This document shows, piece by piece, positions 1 to 13,912 of a stretch of DNA of 64,000 nt (its first letter is position 1; each line of letters opens with the position of its first letter). Under the pieces are notes generated by a model. The model saw nothing but the letters and a program-made list of their open reading frames with translations, made no database searches and was not told where the DNA came from. Both the position numbers and the translations under genes were made by a program. Origin of the DNA: Eledone cirrhosa (lineage: Eukaryota); assembly GCA_964016885.1 (NCBI GenBank), contig OZ024747.1, forward strand, positions 41,354,001 through 41,418,000, read 5' to 3'.

Positions 1-149
1 GACTCTTTCGAAAGGAACAAATTAAACATCCCACGTGGAAATACTAAATTTTTTAAGTAAGCCAGAGCCTTGCTGGTCAAAATAAAATGGTCGGCTGGAT
101 ATATTATATTGATTTTATTAGTTCATGGGATTATCAGTATCGATAGAGA

Positions 150-290
150 GACGGGCAAAATGCTTTGAATATTTAGTTACAGATCTTTACGTTCTAAATT
201 CAAATTTAGTCGAAGTCAACTTTGCCTTTCATCTTCGTGTGGTCGATAAAATAAAGTATCAGTTAAATATTAGTATCAGTTAAAAATTAC
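150..290 (+). mobile_element. Degenerate tRNA-derived SINE (family A)
   Basis: Contains ttcaaatt..cgaagtcaactttgcctttcatcttcgtgtggtcgataaaataaagtatcag, matching the body of the clean copies at 7081 and 20686. Confidence 0.6.
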
Positions 291-475
291 TGACTTTATG
301 CCAATGTTAGAAAGAATTTTTTCATAGGTTTATACTTTCAACTTTATTGAAGTCGTTTTGTTGTGCTCCGTGGCAGAAAAAAATATTTGTATGTCTTGGT
401 TTGCCTAGGTGTAAGAAACAGAGACAGTAGGGTTACTGACAACGCAACTACCATTAGGAAGCGGCCAACTGGCAG

Positions 476-568
476 CAACAGTAACAACAACACAAGTAGC
501 AACATCAGGAACATCAACAGCAACACCAGCAGCAGCAACAATAGCAGCAGGAACAGCAACAGCCGCTG
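476..568. repeat. CAA/CAG-rich trinucleotide low-complexity tract
   Basis: Runs of aac/agc triplets; explains the spurious poly-L and poly-N ORFs. Confidence 0.8.
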
Positions 569-685
569 CTAGTATAATTGCAGTTGATGTAACACGTCCA
601 GCAGTTATAAGCCTCAATAAAGTAATTCACCCACAATATACAGTTTACAATTAATAGTTACAGTAGCATGTGTAAAAGACAGCCA

Positions 686-812
686 ATTGGCAGAGCCATT
701 AGAACGTCTGATAGAATGCTATGCGCTAGATTTTTTTTCCAGCCAGATCAACTTTGTCTTTAATCCTTTGGAGGTCGATAAAAAAAAGTCCTAGTCTAAT
801 GCTGTGGTCGAT
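686..812 (+). mobile_element. Degenerate SINE (family A) fragment
   Basis: A-box-like ttggcagagccattag plus atcaactttgtctttaatcctttggaggtcgataaaa. Confidence 0.5.
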
Positions 813-1260
813 ACTTCCTATTTCTCAATTTCCTTCTTCTTTTCTGGAAGAAATAAGCTGTTCAGACCTGGAATGGAATGGGCTCCAACAAATTTAAAAT
901 ACCGAAAATGTATGTCACTTCGACGCCCTTAAGGTTCCACAGGGGTTTAAATGTCCATACATACAAGCTAGTAACAGATTGACTTACTATCTTGAGTCAG
1001 ATATCATAGTACGAATAAAAGAAATACGTGAAAGGACTATATTCTCATTTTAGCACATAGTTTTAAGTTAATATTACGGGCATGTGGTTAGAATGTCTCA
1101 GAGAAGAATAGCTGGGAAGAATTGTTTTCGAGCAAAACCGAAAGCTCAGAGCCAGATCAAGTACTGCAAATTATTTGATATGGTTTTTTTAACAATGCCA
1201 CCAATCCACTGCTTCTGGACTGGTGCTTTATTAATCAATCTCGAAAAGATGAAACGCAAA

Positions 1261-1482
1261 GTTTACCTCGGCAAGATTTGAACTAGGAACGCAATGAGCC
1301 GGAATAAAGTCCAGGTTTACCTCGGCAACATTTGAACTAGGAGCGCAATGAGCCGGAATAAAGTCCATGTATACCTCGCCAAGATTTGAACTAGGAACGG
1401 AATGAGCCGGAATAAAGTCCAGGTTTACCTCGGCAACATTTAAACTAGGAGCGCAATGAGCCGGAATAAAGTCAAAGTTTAC
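1261..1482 (-). repeat. 4 x 54-bp tandem repeat derived from the B-box segment of a SINE
   Basis: Units start at 1261, 1315, 1369 and 1423 (gtttacctcggcaagatttgaactaggaacgcaatgagccggaataaagtccag); contiguous with SINE body at about 1200-1260. Confidence 0.85.
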
Positions 1483-1530
1483 TTTTCCATTATTCGAAAC
1501 AAAATAACAGTGTTAACAGCGACAACGATA

Positions 1531-1710
1531 ATAATTGTTTCTACTTTTGGCACAAGGCCAGCAATTATCAGTACATTACTGGTACTTTATTTTATCGACC
1601 CCGTAAGGATGAAAGACAAAGTTAAACTCAGCGGGATTTGAACTCAGATCATATAGGGACATAACTCTATGCTTCAAAGCATGGTGTCCGACTCTCTACC
1701 GATACTGCCA
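1531..1710 (-). mobile_element. SINE family A
   Basis: Reverse complement of family A consensus, from the ATT tail to accgatactgcca. Confidence 0.85.
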
Positions 1711-1713
1711 AAT

Positions 1714-1919
1714 GGTTTCTGATTTAGGCAAAAGGCCAACAGTTTGGGGTAAGGGAAAGTCTATTAAATCGATCCCAGTGTTACTGGGACTTTATTTTAT
1801 CGACTCCGTAAGGATGAAAGGAAAAGCTAACCGCAGCGGGATTTGAACGCAGAACCTAAAGGGCCGTAACTCTATGTCGCTAAGCATGTTCCTCTACCGA
1901 TACTGCCAATAACCCGCCC
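1714..1919 (-). mobile_element. SINE family A
   Basis: Second adjacent copy ending in the 5' head ccgccc; B box atttgaac. Confidence 0.8.
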
Positions 1920-2149
1920 TAACAACAATATCAATAATTAAAAACAACAGTGGCAGAACAGAGAAACTAGTGTCAGGAGAAACATGTATGAAATCTCAAG
2001 CTTGTGTATCCTTTCTGATGCAGCTGTTGACGAGAAAATATTAAGTAGCCTAATATACAAAGTGGGCGGAATACGGTAGTGCTGAGAAGCAATATCTCAT
2101 TAGATTCTGATCCGTCCAAAAATATGTTCTACAATCTTAATATATAGGA

Positions 2150-2180
<31 letters not shown>

Positions 2181-3299
2181 ATATCCACACATGTTCCAGT
2201 TAAAACGTACACATACCTATGTACGATTGCCTGCATAAACCTGGTGGTGGTGGCGGTGGTGGTGGTGGTGGAGACCCAAATATATTCAAGAACTGATATA
2301 ACTTCTTAGATAACAGAATGTTGTTGTTGTTGTCGTTGTTGTTATTGTTGGTTGTTTGCTAATGTAAACAATCCAATATGTCTTGAACTTGTGATGGAGT
2401 CGTAGGGGAGCCGTAATGAGATATGGAATGTGCTGGGCATTTAAACCTGACTTGGTCTATCCCTCTCCATGTCTGAACATTACCAGTCTCTTCCAAACAG
2501 ACATGGAGACAGAGAAAGAGGAAAAGTATAAAGAAAAAAGAGAAGAATTAATCCCAGTACTGGGGACTGGTTCTTTTTTAACGACTTCGAAAGGATGGAA
2601 GATATAGTTGACCATGGCGAGTTTTGAATACATAGAGCCAAAATGAACATTACAAAGAAATCTCTCCGATACTGCCAATCCATCGATTCGTGTGTAAACA
2701 AACGGCCCAATTTGAAGCTGTGCCGGTGACCGATCGTCACCTGTTTGTTCAACACTGTGAGTACCTGTACATAATTACATTTATGTAAGTATGTACACGT
2801 GAAACCGGAACGGATCTCCATGACAGAGTTCGTATACATAAACAACAAATTAGAGACCACTCTGCTGTAAACACTTTGCATCATGCGGAAAGGGAAAATT
2901 CACAATCTTGCCCTTCTTTAAGATATGGTCGGACAACGCACATTTCCGGAAATATAAAGAAGAATTCTTCATTAGAAAGTACAAACCGCTACTGAACACA
3001 AAAAAAGGATATTCTATCTTCCAATAACGGGATTCTCTCCCTTTTTTTAAAAAGTCGCATATTGAAAAAAGAAAAATATGGAAATAGATAGAGAGATAGT
3101 GAGAGTACACGTGCATTCCTAGCCATCTGCTCAAATGTCATCACCTCATTAAAAACTACACCATACTTAGTCTCTTTAAACACAACCACAGGGATATGGT
3201 CCGAACGTGGAAGAGCCGAACTCCCACTGTCATCGCCTCCCTCTCTCTCGCCCTCCCCATCTCTATGTATGGTGAGCAAATGGAGTCCCACGTGCTGGC

Positions 3300-3675
3300 C
3301 TCCCCCACAGCCCAGGCGGAGGACAGAATGGAGAAAGCGTTTCCCCGGAGGATGGTAAGGGAGAGGCGCTGAAAGAACCATTCCAGCTCGTGAGGCTCAC
3401 ACCAGCGGCTGACCAGCTCAACGCCTATGGGGGGTGAGTAGAGAGGTAGCCCCAGGGCCAACGACACCAGAAGTCTCCACTGCCAAGGGCACGACCGCGA
3501 ACCTGTCGGAGAGCGACCGGTACTTGGAGAGTTTGGCCTCCTCAGCCCGACGGGCAGCAGAACCTGGGTTAGTCGCAGACTGCACCAGGTTGCGGCTGGA
3601 CAAAGTGTCGCTGCAAGTGGCATCCCAGACAGGGGTTTGTCGCCGCGGAACGGGAAGATGATCATGCCGTCACTA
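3300..3675 (-). pseudogene. Fragment of the C-terminal restriction-like endonuclease of a CRE-type non-LTR retrotransposon
   Basis: Frameshifted translation DGMIIFPF..WDATCSDTLSSRNL..PGSAARRAEEAKLSKY..FAVVPLAVETSGVVGPGA..FFQRLSLTILRGNA, which are typical CRE-clade RLE motifs; GC-rich island. Confidence 0.75.
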
Positions 3676-3702
3676 GCTCTGACAGTTGGCAGGTGAACAG
3701 TG

Positions 3703-3750
3703 AACTGTACTGATGAAGCGTAATACCCAGAAACATTAGTGTCTGCAGTT
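3703..3750 (+). ncRNA. Type I hammerhead ribozyme motif
   Basis: aactgta CTGATGA agcgtaataccca GAAA ca-ttag-tg TC tgcagtt; 7-bp stem I, GUC cleavage triplet, weak stem II. Confidence 0.7.
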
Positions 3751-3892
3751 TTGTTTGCATGCCAACACAAGAGCAAGAATGAGGGGCTCATTCTACTGAC
3801 ATGGCTTTAAAAATGAAGCTTATTTGCATAATTGCAAACGAATCGAATATTATTATTAATATTCGAAAAACTCTGATTACATTTATTATTAT

Positions 3893-4687
<795 letters not shown>

Positions 4688-4688
<1 letters not shown>

Positions 4689-5234
4689 ATTAAGTTAAAA
4701 ATGTACATCCATATATGTATACTGAAATACTAGTATGCATATGAATACACACACGTGTACATATGTAGATGTACCGAGTTTTTCACTGGTCACTTTACGC
4801 TCTATGCAAATTAGTCTGCCCACTACTAATTTTCATAGAAAAAGCATATAACGATATGTGCTTTTACGATTCTCTAGAAAGGCCGGAAGATAGGTAAATA
4901 TTGCTGATGAGATGTAACAACATCGAAACTAGTCCAATATTCCTTGTCTGGCTTTCTGGAGAATAGAGGAAAGGTGTTTCCTCAAAAACCAGTATGACTC
5001 TAAAAACCGGTTTGTCTGTGTGTTTACATACAGAATAGCTGGACACTCACAGTAAAGTGACCAGTGAAAAACTCGGTACATCTACATATGTACACGTGTG
5101 TGTATTCATATGCATACTAGTATTTCAGTATACATATATGGATGTACATTTTTAACTTAATTGTTTAAGCGTCAGTCATACAAAAGTGAGTTACAAACGA
5201 AACGAAATTTAATTTCGTTTCGTTATTTGTTTTT

Positions 5235-5240
<6 letters not shown>
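4688..5240 (+). mobile_element. Fold-back PLE-type element (arms about 4688-4798 and 5051-5162) with HHR and 3' extension
   Basis: About 110-bp inverted arms; right-only extension with hairpin acgaaacgaaatttaatttcgtttcgt; (TA)n on both sides. Confidence 0.8.
4897..4941 (+). ncRNA. Minimal type I hammerhead ribozyme motif
   Basis: aatattg CTGATGA gatgt-aaca-acatc GAAA ctag TC caatatt; stem I extends via attctctagaaaggccgga/tctggctttctggagaat. Confidence 0.9.
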
Positions 5241-5331
<91 letters not shown>

Positions 5332-6180
5332 ATAAAGTGTCTGTTAAACAAACAGGAAGAATAACCCTCAAATATACCATATAAAGAAAATATGGAATAT
5401 TTAATGCCGTACATCACGATAAACATCTTGATGTACGGTATTAAATATTCAATTTTTTCTCTCATGAAATTAAATAGAAATGCTGACAATGAATATGAAT
5501 ATGTAGCCAAATCATTGCACTGGTCTACCAGTTCTTTCTGATCTTCATTGCTGACTTGCAAGTTATATTCAAAACATACTTCGTAGAATACCTTGCTACA
5601 AGCTTTTTCTACTTTACATCAACCTATGAATTATAGTTTCTGGCAACGTTACAACATTTTGCGGAAAAAAATTCAAAATATGCACATGTATTTTATCATG
5701 TGTCTAACTGGGAATAATTATTAATTCGGAAATTCATCTCACCAAATCCAGTTTCTCTACAGTCCTGGTGACTCCTTTTAAGAAATAATAAGATACATTT
5801 AACGATCTCTAAACAAAATTAGGCAGATATTATGTTGTGCAATGTCAGAATTATATTATCGAAAATTACAGAGAATCATGATGTGAAATTCTCTTAAACA
5901 TCATCAATATAAATAGATAGGAATTGAATAGAAGCGCTTATAATGGAACATAACCGTAGTATTACACTACTCTGCTAGTCCTTCGTCAAATCATTAAGAC
6001 TAAGTGGCTGTAATTTAGAATGCGTATCCAATAATTTAGCTAAATAGGCTAAGGAATATAATTATATTCGGCTGTAGTGACTTCTCTTAGTAAATTAGAT
6101 TGTGTTGAAAGGAGATAAAGTATACGTGGTTTGCTGGCTCGTGCATACAATGATTAAGTCGGTATTATTACTATTGCTAA

Positions 6181-7124
6181 AGGCGGTGGATTGGTAGTAT
6201 CGGTAGAGGGTCGGACGCCATGCTAGGGCGGTGGATTGGTAGTATCGGTAGAGGGTCGGACGCCATGCTAGGGCGGTGGATTGGCAGTATCGGTAGAGGG
6301 TCGGACGCCATGCTAGGGCGGTGGATTGGTAGTGTCGGTAGAGGGTCGGACGCCATGCTAGGGCGGTGGATTGGCAGTATCAGTAGAGGGTCTGACGCCA
6401 TGCTAGGGCGGTGGATTGGTAGTATCTGTAGAGGGTCTGACGCCATGCTAGGGCGGTGGATTGGTAGTATCGGTAGAGGGTGGGACGCCATGCTAGGGCG
6501 GTGGATTGGTAGTATCGGTAGAGGGTGGGACGCCATGTTAGGGAGGTGGATTGGTAGTATCGGTAGAGGGTGGGACGCCATGCTAGGGCGGTGGATTGGT
6601 AGTATCGGTAGAGGGTGGGACGCCATGCTAGGGCGGTGGATTGGTAGTATCTGTAGAGGGTCGGACGCCATGCTAGGGCGGTGGATTGGCAGTATCGGTA
6701 GAGGGTCGGACGCCATGCTAGGGAGGTGGATTGGTAGTATCGGTAGAGGGTTGGACGCCATGCTAGGGCGGTGGATTGGTAGTATCTGTAGAGGGTCGGA
6801 CGCCATGCTAGGGTGGTGGATTGGTAGTATCGGTAGAGGGTCGGACGCCATGCTAGGGCGGTGGATTGGTAGTATCGATAGAGGGTCGGACGCCATGCTA
6901 GGGCGGTGGATTGGCAGTATCGGTAGAGGGTCGGATGCCATGCTAGGGCGGTGGATTGGTAGTATCGGTAGAGGGTCGGACGCCATGCTAGGGCGGTGGA
7001 TTGGTAGTATCTGTAGAGGGTCGGACGCCATGCTAGGGCGGTGGATTGGTAGTATCGGTAGAGGGTGGGACGCCATGCTAGGGCGGTGGATTGGTAGTAT
7101 CGGTAGAGGGTCGGACGCCATGCT
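6181..7124 (+). repeat. 21 x 45-bp tandem array of the SINE family A 5' head
   Basis: Unit gggcggtggattggtagtatcggtagagggtcggacgccatgcta with exact 45-bp period; last unit continues into the SINE body. Confidence 0.95.
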
Positions 7125-7272
7125 TTGCAGCACAGTTACGTCCTTTTACGGACTGAGTTCAAATCCCGCCGAGGTTAACTTTGCTTTTCATCCTTACGGG
7201 GTCGATAAAATAAAGTACCAGTAATGTACTGGGTAATTGCTGGCCTTGTGCCAAAAGTAGAAACGATTATTA
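7081..7272 (+). mobile_element. Full-length SINE family A
   Basis: A box (tggtagtatcgg), B box (gagttcaaatcc), central cttttcatccttacggggtcgataaaataaagtaccag, ATT tail. Confidence 0.9.
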
Positions 7273-8013
7273 CTTTTATTGCTAACAATACATTTAAAAG
7301 ACTGACATTTCAGATGAAGATCTGGAAGAAACAAATCATTTATTCTTGGCACACCGAGTATAGTGATTTCGTATTCTATTCAATATTTGCTATTGATATT
7401 ATTTCAAATATACTGATGACAGACTCGATAACATAACGAAGGGCTCATATATCGATGATTCGCATCCTATCATGTCCGCGGACATTAACCTCGCGAAGCC
7501 GAATCCACTTAGCTCTAAATCGTGATTTCTAATTTTTGCATCATTGCCAGCAATTTTGGCGGAGAAGGAAAAGTCGAATATATATCTAAACCCCAGTAGT
7601 TGACTGGTACTAAAAATGTTATCTACCTATGAAGGATAAAAGGCAAAGTTGCCAAACAAACTTCTTAACCATACGATCATGCTGCATCCTACCACACGCT
7701 ATTACAATCACTAAAACGGATGAAATATAAACTCGTAAAACAGACATGAATAATCGAATATTTTTATTCACCAACTGAACGCCCCTGATTCATGAATCCT
7801 AAAATTATAAATCGTTGTAGAAAATACGTTCTGTTTGAAAATGTTTTCATATCTAAATGTTTTCATATCCTGAAACTGATGAGTCGCCTGCCGACCAACT
7901 CATCCGAGATTCCAATCTGATTTAATCATTAATCCTCTTTTTTCTTCATGATTTTAGGGTCAAAACATTTAGCAAGAAATAATGAATTTCACTTTTTTGT
8001 CTCTTAGTCTCAT

Positions 8014-8015
<2 letters not shown>

Positions 8016-8077
<62 letters not shown>

Positions 8078-8091
8078 TCTCTCTCTCTCTC
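8016..8091. repeat. (CT)n microsatellite
   Basis: Direct read. Confidence 0.95.
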
Positions 8092-8544
8092 TTTCTTTGT
8101 AGAGTTTTATCTACTGGGACCTTACTCTCCCATTATGATTATCGTCTAAAGCCAAGTTGTTTCCCTTGACATCCGTAAAGCAGTCTACTCTCTTTAACAT
8201 AAGAATTTTTTTTTTAAATTGCCTGCCTTTAAGTTGGATCCATCTTTGATATTTTAAATAAGAAATTTCCTGTAAAATTGTTTAATTGCAGCATGTGACG
8301 CTAACGGTGTTTTACCAATTCTGTTATAACTCCCACATTCAGACCAAGACAACATACCCAACTCTGCTTTTCACTACCTTATTCTACTCGTAATCTTTCT
8401 TCTTCAGAACTGCAACTGATTTCCTAACACACTGACTTGTAAAGGGGAATTTTCGTATGTCGTTATTATATTGTGGCAGACCAATATAATAAAAAAAATA
8501 TCTCGCCTAATTGACGAAGTATTATATTCTGCTCGAATTGAAGA

Positions 8545-8740
8545 CGATGGATTGTAGAATCGTTAGAACGTCGTACAAAATGATTTAGTTACGGATCTCT
8601 AAGTTCAAATCCTGTCGTGGTCAACTCTACTTTTATCCTTCTTGGACTGACAAAATAAAGTACCAGTGACTACAGTGATCGATGTAATCAACATCCCCTC
8701 CTCACAAATTCTTAGCGTTGTGCCTAAATTAGAAACCATT
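8545..8740 (+). mobile_element. Degenerate SINE family A
   Basis: agttcaaatcc B box, aaaataaagtaccag, tgtgcctaaattagaaaccatta 3' end. Confidence 0.65.
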
Positions 8741-9204
8741 AAACTCTGTTCGAATATTTCATCTCCATTTTTGATAAAACAGAGTTACGTATATAGTAAT
8801 AGATGTGTTTGTGTGGTGGTCGAAAAGCTATGTGCAATAAAAGTGACTTCGCAGACAACCAATTTGTCGTCCTTGCTTTCCGTTATTTATAACTACTGCA
8901 TTTACATCACATATTACTTTAATGTGATTTTATATAAGAATACAAATGAGTTCATATTACATTTACTTTTTATGTGGGAACTCTCTTGTACAGACAGCAA
9001 TCAGTTTAAAATCCACAGTCATTGACCAGGAAAGAATATACACAGTAATTGCACAGTTTTTGCAACTGGGAGCCCGCGAGTAAATGAACAAGATATCTAT
9101 GGATAGATCCGAAATCTGATCGTTCAGCTCTCTGTCTTTTCAGCCAGTGTAATGTTACATTCTATTGTTGTTTGTGCTACACTATTTCATCAAGAAAGTT
9201 GTGT

Positions 9205-9340
9205 ATTGGTAGAAGAGTTAGAGCTTCAGACAAAATGACAGGCTGAATGTTACGATGACTCCTCGGATTTGGGTTTCAAATCTTACCGAGATCAACTTTG
9301 AATTTTCTCCTTCTGTGGTCGATAAAATAATGTACCAAGC
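9205..9340 (+). mobile_element. Degenerate SINE family A fragment
   Basis: ttcaaatcttaccgagatcaactttg..ggtcgataaaataatgtacca. Confidence 0.55.
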
Positions 9341-11370
9341 CAACGTGGAGTAGTAGAATGAATTGTTAAAGCGTTGGATAAAATGCCTTGTGGTATTTGC
9401 GTCTGCGTGTTAAGCTGTATCAACTCTTATCTTTTCTCTGAATAACAACGGTGACGTGTAGAAAGACGACTTACTACTAATCAACCTTAATCAGCGAGAG
9501 ATTTACAGTGTGATTAACGAAGTGCTAATCAGCCCTGATGAATAGAAGTATTAGAAATGCTGTATGTTAAACTAATAAGCAGATCTGGTGGACGGAAGCA
9601 TTACATTTCAATAAAATAGAAATATGAATTCCACAAAACATAGATGACTGAATACGAATGTAAGTCCTCTAAGTCTTTTCACTAAACCATTATGAGTAAA
9701 CAATGTAGAAGCTAAGATAATAAAGCACTGGATTAAACCCTTCACAATATTAAACTACACTTTTGTGATCTAAATAAAAATTCTTTTGAAATTGACATTT
9801 GCTTGTTATCACTTCAGAGTTAAAACATTGTGCCAATGTAAGAAATTGTTATGGATAAAAGCAGACCAGTTTGTAGTGAAGTGACAGGTAATTCGCAGTG
9901 GAAATATATGGAAGAAATACAGCTCAATAGAATACAGGATTCCAGAATGAAAAGCCGTTGGTAATGTTTAACAGAAAATTTTCTGAAAGACATGCATATG
10001 AGTGGTGGAAGCAAATATATGTCTAAAACAGATGAAATTCGTGTGAAGGCGAAGTAGAGATAGAAGGTTCAGAACCTTATCTAATGACATAAAAGAAACG
10101 ACTATAATAATAGCAGTATTTGTAGATTTCCAGTATGTGTAGTTATTTATTAATTGCCTGTCCTTCTTCTGAATGAAATTCAGGTGGCAGGGATAAAATT
10201 TAATTAACTACACCAGCTATGAGAACATTTTTTCAGAATGAGCTATATATGAAATTTGTAGAGTATTATTGGTGTCTTTGGACAGAAATATTTCTCTTTG
10301 AGCTAGCTGAAGATAATTATTAGTAGCAAGTATTGTTGAGAAGAAATAACTATAGTGAGAAACATAAGAAAAGGAAAGAATTAATTAATGAATAAATGAA
10401 TGAAATAATTACAGGAATGAAATATAAAAAGAAACAGGAAAGGATTAATAAATCTGAATAGAAAAATAATAAATAATATAAAAACTAATTCAATGAATCA
10501 AAAATTGATGGTTGAGAAAAAATAAAGGAATGTAATAAGATCAAAGGAAAAGAAAAAAGAAAAGAATAATGAAACTGAATTAAAAAATATATAATTATAA
10601 CACTGAAGAAAAACGAAACAGGAAAAAGAAATTATTCAAATTTGAGAAATAATAAAAAAGCAGAGAAAATAAACTGGTGAGGGAAATATGTTTGAAATAA
10701 ACTTTGGCTAAATAAATAAATTGATGAAAGCATTACAAACGAATCCGTCCTGGTTAACCAGATTTACAAACAATATCCATTTTACATGACGATTGGGTTA
10801 TTCGGTTGGGTTAAACTGCTTTTGTTGATGCTAAACAGATTTTGTTTTTACTTGTAAAGAATTATATTCACAAAGACAATGCAATATGCAAACGTGTTTT
10901 ATTTTCAGACAACAAAATGATTATAAAAAAACCTTATACGCTCTTCTTTCTTCAGTAACATCTGTCCATAGAAAAACTCGTAACAAAGTAATTATTTAGA
11001 AGCGTATTTGCAAGAACTTAAATATTTAGACTTCTCTATTAATGCATGTGGTTTTTGAAATAAGATTAAACACAGTTTACAGCGAGAGTTTCAACGAAGT
11101 ATCCATGCGTATATTTTCAAGATAGGCACATGTAAGTATCACACTGATAACATTGGATTTAAATCATGACAATTTTCCAAAAAAAAACGTTATACTAATC
11201 TTAAGACATGTTCTCAAACAACAGCTTCCAAAGCTCTTTAAAATACGATTTATCAACTGTAATACCTCTAATATATATACATACATACATATATATATAT
11301 ATAAGTATGTATGCATATGTGGGGGGAGAGTGATATGTATATATATGTGTGTGTGTGTGATACATGTGTA

Positions 11371-11405
<35 letters not shown>

Positions 11406-11466
11406 ATTATTATGTAATAAACAACATATATATATATATATTTATTATTATGTAATAAACAACAAT

Positions 11467-11655
11467 GGGCGGTGGGTTGGCAGTATCGGTAGAGGGTCGG
11501 ACGCTATGCTTTCCGCATAGTTACGTCCCTTTACGATCTGAGTTCAAATCCCGCCGAGGTTGACTTTGCCTTTCATCCTTACGGGGTCGATAAAATAAAG
11601 TACCAGTAATGCACTGGGTAATTGCTGGTCTTGTGCCTAAAGTAGAAACAATTAT
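11467..11655 (+). mobile_element. SINE family A with 18-bp TSD
   Basis: TSD attatgtaataaacaaca at 11447-11464 and 11651-11668; inserted in the tip of the large inverted repeat. Confidence 0.9.
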
Positions 11656-11680
11656 GTAATAAACAACATAAGGCAATTAT

Positions 11681-11738
11681 TCCATTTACCAGTGGTTTCT
11701 TAAAAGCAAAAGGTTTTGCTTTCAATCCTCAGAATGAA
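11681..11738 (-). ncRNA. Type I hammerhead ribozyme motif (left-arm copy)
   Basis: Reverse complement of the motif at 15805-15862. Confidence 0.8.
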
Positions 11739-11882
11739 AAAATCCTGGTTTGTTTATTGAAATTGGATCTTAAAAAACAAAAAAAGCAAGCTATATGAAA
11801 GTGAGGCTGGAGAAGGAAGAAGGAAAGGAAAAATAAAATAAGACTACACATACAACCACACATACACGAAAAAACATAAAAG

Positions 11883-11913
<31 letters not shown>

Positions 11914-12129
11914 ACACACGCATACACACACGCGTTATTCCGGGTTGAATCGGAGGCAGCCACAGCAAGCAAGGCACTCAGTACACCGCAGAGCATGAAA
12001 GTTTTAATATAGATGAGAATCTGTATATGTATACAAACACATACATACACACACACACACACGCATGCGTATGCGCGCACGCATGCACGCGTATACAAAT
12101 ATAAATATATGAGAATCTGTATATGTATA

Positions 12130-12188
<59 letters not shown>

Positions 12189-12522
12189 GCGCGCGCATGT
12201 GTATGCGCGCACGCACGCACGCGTATACAAATATAAATATATTTCCCCCATACACATGTGTGTGCGTGCAAGTGTCTCGTGAATTAGATTATACTTAGAA
12301 ATTGTCTACAGAATTCCCTAAACCTTCGTCAATTTACTAGAACCTTTAAGAATTTAGCTTTTAAGGAATCTCCCCTTCCTCCAAATCTATCTACCATGAC
12401 TGACCCCATACTGATCTTACAGACACCTGTAAGCTAAGGAGAAACCTAATGATAAGGATTGGCTCCAATCTGAATACAGAAATCTGTCTGCCTTTGTTCC
12501 TCTAAGAACAAACATATACAAA

Positions 12523-12570
<48 letters not shown>

Positions 12571-12738
12571 TATCTACACACACACACGCATACATATATA
12601 TATATACACACACATATACACACACATGCATATATACACACACATACACACACACATATATACACGCATATATATACATATATATATATATATGCGCGTG
12701 TGTACACGCATACACACATACGTACACATAGCCATACC

Positions 12739-12780
<42 letters not shown>

Positions 12781-13406
12781 CATACATTCACACAATCAAA
12801 CATATATACACACGTACATGCATACACATATATAAATGCACTCCTCTACATATTCACACACGCAAATAAATATAGGAAAAAAAATATATATATATATATA
12901 TATTATAAAAACATTGAGACCGTTACATAAGGCAGCAAACTGGACAGACAAGCGTGGTAAGAAACACACACAAAAGCACATATACAAACGTACTCGAGGG
13001 AGTACCAAAGGGGCACAAAGAATTGTTCTTTGTGTACCACAGAAAAGTATAGGATTTTGCTAAACTTGAGAGACACTTCCGCTTGCCTTAATTCAAAGAC
13101 TGAGATCTTCAGATGCTGTCCTCATCTGAGACCGCACCTGATCTGTAACTGGATTGACACTCCTATGAGAAATCAACCGCCTTGAACTCCTCTCCCGCTC
13201 TTTACTTCTGCTACGGCTTTTACTTTACTGTTTCTACGTTCTGTACTCTTGTATACTTACATTTATTTTATATATTTTTTTTTTCTCCCTTACCTCCCCT
13301 TATATTTTACCTTCTCCTATGCGCCCCCCCCCACATATATTCTTTTTGCCTTGCCCTCCACATACCTATGTGTATGTGTATGTATATTTGTGTGTATATA
13401 TGTATA

Positions 13407-13456
<50 letters not shown>

Positions 13457-13592
13457 GATATGTGTGTGTATGTGTGTGTATGTATATGTGTTTATACGTA
13501 TGTGTGTGTGTGCCTGTGTGTATGTATTTATATATGTATGTATTTGTGTGTGTGTGTATATATGTGTATGTGTGGATAAGCCAGGTTTCTCT

Positions 13593-13648
13593 CATCCTGA
13601 AGATTGTAGGAAAAATTTTTTTGCTGTTAAGAAACCCTTGGTAAATGG
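13593..13648 (+). ncRNA. Diverged hammerhead motif of the same family
   Basis: catc CTGAAGA ttgtagg-aaaaa..ttttt-gctgttaa GAAA cc-ctt-gg TA aatg; mismatches in stems I and II. Confidence 0.6.
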
Positions 13649-13813
13649 AATAATTGCCTTATGTTGCTTTAATACTTTACTACTATATGTACGTATATGT
13701 AAGGTCCTTATCTAAGATTGAGTTTTACATACACACACGCATATACACGTGTGTGTATGCGTATGCATGTGTGTGTGCGGGGTTGTGTGTATGTGTGTAT
13801 ATGTGTATATGCA

Positions 13814-13912
<99 letters not shown>

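Noticed and set aside
2416-3134. Cluster of 60-134 aa ORFs as possible host exons
   Set aside because: No recognisable protein motifs or convincing splice structure
6177-7224. 318-aa and 334-aa repetitive ORFs; CRISPR-like appearance
   Set aside because: Artefact of a 45-bp (multiple of 3) tandem repeat of a SINE head; no unique spacers and no cas genes
7873-7905. CTGATGA gtcg-cctgc-cgac resembling an HHR
   Set aside because: Followed by CAAC rather than GAAA, with no stem I; better explained as a simple gatgagt/actcatc hairpin
9530-9570. CTGATGA..GAAA spacing like an HHR
   Set aside because: No stem I and no valid UH cleavage site
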